Source: a virus (Duplodnaviria; Caudoviricetes). From it: 64,000 nt of DNA. Where the stretch lies: positions 1 to 64,000 of the IMG/VR virus record IMGVR_UViG_3300007171_000004; one strand, given 5' to 3'. The position numbers and the translations under genes are program-made. This document shows positions 57,646 to 64,000 of this stretch, in pieces (position 1 is the first letter of the stretch; the number at the start of each line of letters is the position of its first letter). Below the pieces are notes generated by a model, which saw only the letters and a program-made list of their open reading frames with translations, was not told the DNA's origin and did no database searches.

Positions 57646-57921
57646 ATGAATAACTATATCCCTGAAACTAACAAAAATATACCATGCTGTGTTTGCAATC
57701 AGCCTATTCTTCATCCAGTTGCCAAAAGTTCCTGTACTAAATGTGGAGCTTTAGCGCATCCTAATTGTAGAGGAATTCTTCTCGCATCTAATCAACCTTG
57801 GAGATGCCCTAAATGTACTGAAGAATTAACTGGCTTCATGAACAATATGCGGGTATCATCTGTTGTCGATAGTGATATAGACTACCTTTTTGAAAAGATA
57901 TATGACAATGGAAAAAAATAA
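57646..57921 (+). CDS. PHD-finger-like (C4HC3) zinc-finger protein
   Basis: C-x2-C-x13-C-x2-C-x4-H-x2-C-x10-W-x-C-x2-C. Confidence 0.65.
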   Translation: MNNYIPETNKNIPCCVCNQPILHPVAKSSCTKCGALAHPNCRGILLASNQPWRCPKCTEELTGFMNNMRVSSVVDSDIDYLFEKIYDNGKK

Positions 57922-58144
57922 GAAGACTGCTCAAGTATTTAATTTAGCTGATAATCCTCCTGCAATTGTTCAACCTGCCCCTGAAAAAGCTGACATTAGT
58001 TCTATTACTGAAGATGTAGCTATGAGTGCAGTAGCTAATCTATTTTCAGAAGGCCGAATTGAAATGGATGATAATGGTGATTTGACATCTGAGTCTAAAC
58101 AAATTCTTATGAAATATGTTATGGGTATGATTAACGGAGCCTAG
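57890..58144 (+). CDS. Hypothetical acidic protein
   Basis: 84-aa ORF; start probably a few codons downstream (MTMEK). Confidence 0.5.
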   Translation: MKRYMTMEKNKKTAQVFNLADNPPAIVQPAPEKADISSITEDVAMSAVANLFSEGRIEMDDNGDLTSESKQILMKYVMGMINGA

Positions 58145-58367
58145 CTGTATATCGAGCTAGGTCGTTCAAACAACTTTCAGGAACTTTGTTTAGTCTACAT
58201 TTTGGGCAGTGAGTGGTATAATGTTGTATCCAATCTGCCCAAGTCACAGGATCAGTATTATTTTTTGATAGCCTGTTCATATTACTGGGGATTAAGAGTT
58301 CTTCAGAATTAATGAAGAATCTATCTAAACACTCATAACATATTGCTGAAGAAATACCTCTACTCAT
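58131..58367 (-). CDS. Small zinc-ribbon-like protein
   Basis: CYEC...HCPKC; ATGA-type overlap with the upstream gene. Confidence 0.5.
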   Translation of the reverse strand: MSRGISSAICYECLDRFFINSEELLIPSNMNRLSKNNTDPVTWADWIQHYTTHCPKCRLNKVPESCLNDLARYTARLR

Positions 58368-58735
58368 AATTCTTCTATGCTACCCAGTAAATCTATAAGT
58401 GCCAAGTTAAGTTCACTCTCATTTGAAAAGTGCTTAATTCGATTACCATAAAAAATTATATGGTTCTTAATTGGCCCTAAAACTTCTACATTTTTCACTA
58501 CTAAATATCTGTAGTTATATTGTTTCCTAATTTTGGAATAATGCTCAATATAATTAACTTTTGAGCCTGTTTTCTGTGTATACCAAACGTCAACATCTTC
58601 TTTTGGTTGATCTGACACTAAAACATTAATTGAATCATTAGACATAGCTTTAAAATCATCATATGTTTCAAATGACTTTAATATATCTTTAAGCTTCTTG
58701 GAATCTTTACAATCACCAATAATATTTATGTTCAT
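58364..58735 (-). CDS. Hypothetical protein
   Basis: 123-aa ORF with 4-nt overlaps on both sides. Confidence 0.55.
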   Translation of the reverse strand: MNINIIGDCKDSKKLKDILKSFETYDDFKAMSNDSINVLVSDQPKEDVDVWYTQKTGSKVNYIEHYSKIRKQYNYRYLVVKNVEVLGPIKNHIIFYGNRIKHFSNESELNLALIDLLGSIEEL

Positions 58736-59349
58736 TTTCCAAAGTGAATCATGCCGACTGAAGACAAGATTTGATATAAAACAAATGCTCCACCAAATCC
58801 AGCTAAAATTAGATTAATCCTAAAGAAGAATTTATCTTGTGATTTGCTAATTTCATCCAACTTATTTTCTGTAGCTTCTCTGAAATTCTTAACATGCGTA
58901 GATTGTTCGCTCTTGAGATTAGCAATTTCCGATTTAATTGTGGTGGTTTCATTTCTAACGGATGAATTAACTTCGCCTAATTTTCTCATGAATTTATCTA
59001 TTTCAGAGTTTAGAGCTTGTGCATTGATTATAGCTTGTAAATCATTCTTAAATTCGTTAAGTTCTCCGCCAAAATTAGAGAGAACTGCATTGTATTCATC
59101 GAGTTCTTGCCCAATGCCATTTTTATTTTTAGTATATACATCGAGAAGAGTTGAAATTACTAAAACTTTTTCAAAAATGCTTCTAATCTCAGCCACTTCT
59201 AGGTTGGAATTATTTAGTAAATCTGTTTTAAGTTGATTTTGTAACTCTAGGATTTTAACTAAAGCATTATTAAATTCGACATAAGCTTCTGTTTGAGCTT
59301 CTAATTTATGTTTAAGCTCTTCTATACTTTTGTTGCTTTCTTGATCCAT
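58732..59349 (-). CDS. Coiled-coil protein with a single C-terminal transmembrane helix
   Basis: Heptad-rich body; INLILAGFGGAFVLYQILSSVGMI hydrophobic tail. Confidence 0.65.
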   Translation of the reverse strand: MDQESNKSIEELKHKLEAQTEAYVEFNNALVKILELQNQLKTDLLNNSNLEVAEIRSIFEKVLVISTLLDVYTKNKNGIGQELDEYNAVLSNFGGELNEFKNDLQAIINAQALNSEIDKFMRKLGEVNSSVRNETTTIKSEIANLKSEQSTHVKNFREATENKLDEISKSQDKFFFRINLILAGFGGAFVLYQILSSVGMIHFGK

Positions 59350-59685
59350 TTAAACACTACTCAGAACTTTCTTTAGTCGTGATGTTGATTCTTTAAGTGC
59401 TGCGAGAGAATTTTCTTGTTCTTCTAATGAAACTACAAAACAATTAGTTCCATGATTGATATCTTTAGATTCTATTAAATATTTCTTTCCTGAAAAATTT
59501 ACAAACTTTAAGTGCTCACATTTAGTTGGATTAAATCTTGATAAAATATTGAAGCCTTTATTAGCATATTGTTTTGCTGCATCGTTCATCATGAGCAACT
59601 TACCACTAATATCAATAATCCACATAGGCTGACTAAAACTATCTAAGAAAGCTTCGAGTATATTTGTTTGTAATTGTTGACTCAT
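59350..59685 (-). CDS. Stand-alone PAS-domain protein
   Basis: LEAFLDSFSQPMWIIDISGKLLMMNDAA is a classic PAS N-terminal pattern; ends in a short coiled coil. Confidence 0.7.
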   Translation of the reverse strand: MSQQLQTNILEAFLDSFSQPMWIIDISGKLLMMNDAAKQYANKGFNILSRFNPTKCEHLKFVNFSGKKYLIESKDINHGTNCFVVSLEEQENSLAALKESTSRLKKVLSSV

Positions 59686-59694
59686 TTTTTATCC

Positions 59695-60453
59695 CTAAGA
59701 AAGAAATATGCGATTATAATATTCTTGGAATGTCTTATATGATTCCTCGTCTTCCATTACAAAGTAGACATTTTTTAAACTTACAATGTCATTAGATTGT
59801 AAGAATGTTTTAACAGCAGACAATTGAACTCTAGCTGTATCGTAAATATCATGAGTGCCACAATCTGCTGGAATCATAACAATACTTTGAGCGCCATTTA
59901 AAGATGCATGTAAAAGAGCTTTTCTTGTACTAGATCTAATATCTTCCTCATTTACAAGTCTAGATTCTCCTGCTACAACTCCATGAATGATTTGTTTTGC
60001 CTTGACTAAAGAATTTTCACCGCCATTGGAAGTAATATAAATATCTCCCATCTTATAAGGCTTTTTCAACTTATCGCATTCTTCTTGGACTTTATTTTTA
60101 GAAAGATTATTTAAAAGTTGATCGTCAATTGTAAGAATAGAATTAGCTGGATAATAAATAAAATCAGACTTTACAGCATAAGGATTAGCATGCTTATGAA
60201 TGGATACTTTTGTGCCTGTAGTTTGTTTTGGTTCTACTTTTGGAGTTTCTTGCGCCTTAACTTCTGGCTTTTCTTCGATCTTTTCTTCGATCTTTTCTTT
60301 GAATGAACATGAATTTAAATCTCCATTACATTCATTTGACCAGTTTTCTTTAAGCATAGGTAATGACTTCTGCAATAAAGATGATGTAATAAATTCATTA
60401 GATGTTAATTTAACAAAACAAATTTTCTTATCTTGAATATATAAAGGACACAT
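59695..60453 (-). CDS. Macrodomain protein with N-terminal extension (start probably the ATG at 60453)
   Basis: SDFIYYPANS, IYITSNGG, IIHGVV, IRSSTRKAL...AQSIVMIPA..G and LKNVYFV are macro-fold motifs. Confidence 0.75.
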   Translation of the reverse strand: MCPLYIQDKKICFVKLTSNEFITSSLLQKSLPMLKENWSNECNGDLNSCSFKEKIEEKIEEKPEVKAQETPKVEPKQTTGTKVSIHKHANPYAVKSDFIYYPANSILTIDDQLLNNLSKNKVQEECDKLKKPYKMGDIYITSNGGENSLVKAKQIIHGVVAGESRLVNEEDIRSSTRKALLHASLNGAQSIVMIPADCGTHDIYDTARVQLSAVKTFLQSNDIVSLKNVYFVMEDEESYKTFQEYYNRIFLS

Positions 60454-60509
60454 AAAAAAATCTCCCAAAACGATTAGCTTTAGGAGATTTGTACAATTTA
60501 AGATCTTTT

Positions 60510-61094
60510 TTAAGGTATTTTAGCAAGTTCTGTAGAAATTTGACCCATTTGAGTTGGACTAATTCCTAAAGCTGGTAAAATTGTTGCAATGTTTGTACCT
60601 GAAGTTTTAATTAATGTAGCTAATTCATTGTAGAATTCTTGCATTTTTGTTGGATCACTAGACCTTACAGCTAAATCATATAAACTCTTAGCTTTTCTAA
60701 ATTCAGGAAAACCAGCTAATGTTCTTGTACCTTGCTCAAGAATTTTTCTATTTTGTTGATCGATTAAATTCTGTTGTTGGTCAGGAGTTAAAGTTGAGAC
60801 AGTTCTTGGATCTTGCATGGTATAGAAAAATTCGTCTGGAGTTTTAGGAGTATTGCCAGTAGGATCAATATAAGAACCTTGATAAGGATTCAGACCATAA
60901 TTACCTCTACCTGCTTGTCCACCTAGATATGTATTTAAAGATCCACCAATATTATTAGGATCCATAATATATCCACCAATACCATAATTTTGAGCAGTTT
61001 TAATTAATTGGCTGTCAATCTTATCAGCTGCATAGAATTGGCCTTTTTGATCTAATTGTTTAGCCTTTTTGATATTATTTGAGGGGGATTCCAT
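60510..61094 (-). CDS. Gly/Gln-rich hypothetical protein with leader motif
   Basis: AKQLDQKGQFYAADKID..LIKTAQ leader. Confidence 0.65.
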   Translation of the reverse strand: MESPSNNIKKAKQLDQKGQFYAADKIDSQLIKTAQNYGIGGYIMDPNNIGGSLNTYLGGQAGRGNYGLNPYQGSYIDPTGNTPKTPDEFFYTMQDPRTVSTLTPDQQQNLIDQQNRKILEQGTRTLAGFPEFRKAKSLYDLAVRSSDPTKMQEFYNELATLIKTSGTNIATILPALGISPTQMGQISTELAKIP

Positions 61095-61839
61095 ATTTAC
61101 TAGCTGTCTCCTGTAATTTTTGGGTCAAGACTGATGCTTTTTGTTGATCTGTGTAATCTTTACTATTAATTGTGTTATAAATCATTTCCCAAATAGGCTT
61201 GAAATCTGGGACTTGAACTTCTGCTTGAGCAGTTTTGATATTATCTTCGGTTGCATCATTAAGTTTTTTAAGGCCTCCAGAATGTCCATAACCTGTATAC
61301 TTTGGGACATATTGAGACATAGGAATATCACCAAAATTAGGGCCTTTTGTTAATCCACCAAATGTAGGGGCTGTTCCTGTAAATGTAACATCAGCATTAC
61401 CACCATAAATTGGGTCGCCCTTCATTTTCTTTTGGATTTGTTTAGGAGTAGGAGTATTCATCTTTTGAGCAGCATTAACGGCAACCCCAGCTCTAGCAGC
61501 AAAATCTGCAATCCAGCCTATATTCTGCAAACCTTGAATTTTAGGCAAAAGTTTACCAATAAGATCAGGAATATGAGTGGCTTCATAGATTTTTTCTAAT
61601 TGAGAAACAACAGTCTTTTGCTTTTCTGTTAATGTATTTGGAATTTCAATTTTATTAATTTCAACTAATAATGCTTGCAAAACAGCTGGATCAAATTTAA
61701 ATAATTCTGTTTTTAAGGCTGTTGGATCTTTGATTTGTAATACTCTTTGAAGATCTGCTGCAGTTTGATTTTGAGCAATTTTCATTTCCAATTCATGCAA
61801 CATATTATCAATTTTAATTAATTCAGCTGTTTTATCCAT
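61075..61839 (-). CDS. Hypothetical protein with short leader ending MKIAQ
   Basis: 254-aa ORF; TAATG coupling with the upstream gene. Confidence 0.65.
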   Translation of the reverse strand: MDKTAELIKIDNMLHELEMKIAQNQTAADLQRVLQIKDPTALKTELFKFDPAVLQALLVEINKIEIPNTLTEKQKTVVSQLEKIYEATHIPDLIGKLLPKIQGLQNIGWIADFAARAGVAVNAAQKMNTPTPKQIQKKMKGDPIYGGNADVTFTGTAPTFGGLTKGPNFGDIPMSQYVPKYTGYGHSGGLKKLNDATEDNIKTAQAEVQVPDFKPIWEMIYNTINSKDYTDQQKASVLTQKLQETASKYGIPLK

Positions 61840-63110
61840 TATTTTTTGCCTCTAGCATTTTCATAAATTTCTTTGAGTCTTTTGTTTTTTTCCATTTTCC
61901 CGAGAGTATTTAATGTGTTATTTAAAATTTTGATTAATTGAGACTCGAGCTTGCAAAAGACACCATTAAGTTGAGAACCATCATATATAAAATATCTTGA
62001 TAGTTCTGTAAGCTTATAAAATTCTTTAAAAGGTACAACTTCTACTTCAGGTCTTTTATTTTTCATGGAATCGTTAATTTTATCTATTTCTTCATTTATA
62101 TCTTTAAGGATTTTTTCATATTCTTCATTGTCTTTACTAGTCAAAGTTCCAGCTGTAAATTTATCATCTCTTTGTTTGATAAACATATTTCTTTCGGTTT
62201 CAAGTTTATGTCTTTGTCTAATCAATAATTCTGGATTAGCTTTAACCTGAAGCAAAGGATATCTTAGAATATTAGTAATTTCTTTAGCACCATATTTCTG
62301 CAATTCTGGCATTTGAGCAATTTTTTCTAAGGAACTCATGATTGATTGAACATCTGCGGTATTCCAAACTACAACTTTATCCTTAACTGGCATTACAGCT
62401 GTAGGGTTACCAAAAGGGTCCGTGATAGTACCTCTATCACGCTTAAAATCACCCAATGGACTTCCTGTGGCAGATGCAGGATCATACACTTGAGTATTAG
62501 GATCTGTAGGACCCAATCTATCAGGAGGTGTTAAACCTACTAATCTCTGTAAAGGAGCTAAAGGACTCCTATTTCCTCTATATGTATCTTGAGAAATTGT
62601 AAATATTTTCTTCTTGAAGTAAATTTGAGCATATCCTGTCAAGTTAGTCAATAGATTTTGGATAAATACTTCTTCCTCAATAATACAACCGTCTTTTTTA
62701 GGTTTATCTGGATCTTCATCTTCTTCTGTCGGCTTATATAAATCTAATTCACCCCCTGGAGGTCTTACAATTAAATCGGAAGGACCTTCATTAGGATCTC
62801 TTCTTTCTAATTGATCTAGTGGTATCAAATCTTTATCTGTTGTGTTTGGCGTTGGTGTAGAAGGAGGTTTAGGAGTTGAATTAGGTTTAGGGCTTGGTGT
62901 AGGCGATGTTGGATTACTGCCAGATTGATCATTTGTAGTTTTAAATGCTTCCTGTAGAGCTTCACGGTCAGGATGCATTTCACCCATTGAACCCCATAAT
63001 TCACGAAATTTTAATCGTGGATTCGGTGCAGCTTGTAAAATGGTTAAAAATTCATTATATTTAGCCATATCAAGACTAATTCTAATAGATGCTGCTAATT
63101 TGTACCACAT
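61839..63110 (-). CDS. Hypothetical protein with MWYKLA leader and Pro/Thr linker
   Basis: MWYKLAAS start; PTSPTPSPKPNSTPKPPSTPTP linker. Confidence 0.7.
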   Translation of the reverse strand: MWYKLAASIRISLDMAKYNEFLTILQAAPNPRLKFRELWGSMGEMHPDREALQEAFKTTNDQSGSNPTSPTPSPKPNSTPKPPSTPTPNTTDKDLIPLDQLERRDPNEGPSDLIVRPPGGELDLYKPTEEDEDPDKPKKDGCIIEEEVFIQNLLTNLTGYAQIYFKKKIFTISQDTYRGNRSPLAPLQRLVGLTPPDRLGPTDPNTQVYDPASATGSPLGDFKRDRGTITDPFGNPTAVMPVKDKVVVWNTADVQSIMSSLEKIAQMPELQKYGAKEITNILRYPLLQVKANPELLIRQRHKLETERNMFIKQRDDKFTAGTLTSKDNEEYEKILKDINEEIDKINDSMKNKRPEVEVVPFKEFYKLTELSRYFIYDGSQLNGVFCKLESQLIKILNNTLNTLGKMEKNKRLKEIYENARGKK

Positions 63111-63122
63111 AGATTTTCTTCC

Positions 63123-64000
63123 TTACCAATCAACTGTAGAATATTTCTCTGGATGGTCTGCACAATCCTTTGTAATAATAATCTTCTTTGGCTTGGCAGA
63201 ATGTGGTCCAATATGTTCAAAAGCTGCAAAACTTACAGATCTTTTCACCATATTATTTAAAGCTCTTGTACCTGTCCCCATGGCTTCAACTTTGCTTACA
63301 ATATCTTCAATGAACTCTTCGTCAAATTCTAATTCAATTCCATGTTCAGCAAAAAGAATCTGTTGTTTATTAATAGGAGAATTATCAAGGTCTAACAAAC
63401 ATTGAGTCAATTCTTCTTTTGTAAGTGGAGCAAGAATGACAACTGTTTGAATTCTTCCTACAAATTCAGCAGCCAAACCATAATCAATTAAAGATTCGTT
63501 TAAGATTTCGTGTGTAGCAAGACCAAGAATTTCATGAGGCTTTAAATCATTTTTTGACTTCTCATCATTCTTTGTGAAACCAATATTTTTGTTATGAATC
63601 TTAAGTTTTTCAGCTACAATATCAGATAATCCGTTAAATGCTCCTCCAAAACAAAATAGCATCCTAGCAGTGTCAACAAATGTAGCTGGACCACCCTGAT
63701 CACCTAAAATAGAGGATGGAATTTTAACTTTCTTACCTTCAATTAATTTAAGCATAGAGAACTGAGTATTGGTGTTTAAAGATTCAATTTTAGATTTACT
63801 AGAATTTCCAGCAAGTTTATCAATTTCATCAATAAAAACTATTCCTCTTTCAGCACTATCAATATCGCCTTGGGTTTTTAGAAACAGCTCATGAATAACA
63901 GAATCTGCATCTGCTCCTTGAAAACCTGTTGGAGAATAAGCTGTAGCATCTCCAATTACAAATGGCACTTCAAGATCATTGGCAATTGATGTGGTGATTA
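63123..64000 (-). CDS. clpX: ClpX-family AAA+ unfoldase, 5' part beyond the window
   Basis: Frame is open to the window edge (ITTSIANDLEVPFVIGDAT); Walker B IVFIDEIDK, FGGAF.GL, IGF loop, EFVGRI and sensor-II GTRAL. Confidence 0.88.
   Translation of the reverse strand, partial: ITTSIANDLEVPFVIGDATAYSPTGFQGADADSVIHELFLKTQGDIDSAERGIVFIDEIDKLAGNSSKSKIESLNTNTQFSMLKLIEGKKVKIPSSILGDQGGPATFVDTARMLFCFGGAFNGLSDIVAEKLKIHNKNIGFTKNDEKSKNDLKPHEILGLATHEILNESLIDYGLAAEFVGRIQTVVILAPLTKEELTQCLLDLDNSPINKQQILFAEHGIELEFDEEFIEDIVSKVEAMGTGTRALNNMVKRSVSFAAFEHIGPHSAKPKKIIITKDCADHPEKYSTVDW

Noticed and set aside
58732-59349. Calling the coiled-coil/TM protein a holin or spanin
   Set aside because: A single C-terminal TM helix is compatible, but there is no adjacent endolysin on the same strand and no lipoprotein partner, so it was left as hypothetical.
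58844-63405. Plus-strand ORFs 58844, 60118, 60200, 61141, 62065, 62346 and 63040
   Set aside because: Antisense to a continuous minus-strand operon with recognisable products.
1-64000. CRISPR array, tRNA or rRNA genes
   Set aside because: No regularly spaced direct repeats, and the intergenic gaps are short with no cloverleaf or T-loop motif that I could recognise.
1-64000. Stop-codon reassignment as in some huge phages
   Set aside because: Long ORFs tile the window in the standard code and abut each other at their stops, with no fragmentation pattern.

Overview
AT-rich (roughly one-third GC by eye), densely coding fragment of a very large (jumbo or huge) tailed-phage genome read in the standard bacterial code. 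I found no tRNA, rRNA, CRISPR array, integrase or reverse transcriptase. The window opens with a perfect 168-bp fold-back (1-168 vs 175-342), most likely an assembly artefact, that truncates the first gene. 192-18242 (+) is a translationally coupled array of putative virion surface proteins built from swappable beta-helix, jelly-roll-like and LamG modules around one conserved ~150-aa domain. That domain occurs 8 times here and once more at 49745-51373. 19-28 kb, 31 kb and 60-63 kb hold otherwise unrelated proteins (GH108 lysozyme, GNAT-like, a 1159-aa protein and others) that share two short N-terminal leader motifs ending in K/R-[LIT]-A-[QGA]. I infer a capsid-targeting and protease-processing system for a large cargo of internal head proteins. 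29.7-32.6 kb is an iron/oxidative-stress cluster (IscA/HesB, Dps-like, Mn-type SOD, TrxB). 33.7-37 kb encodes secreted secretin-N0 (STN)-like proteins, a DUF1257/DUF2997 pair, a CHAP amidase and a carbon-nitrogen hydrolase. 37-57 kb is a tail fibre and structural module. 57-64 kb encodes a lytic transglycosylase, a PHD-finger-like protein, a stand-alone PAS domain, a macrodomain and a divergent ClpX cut by the window end. All family calls come from motif recognition by eye; no database search was run.
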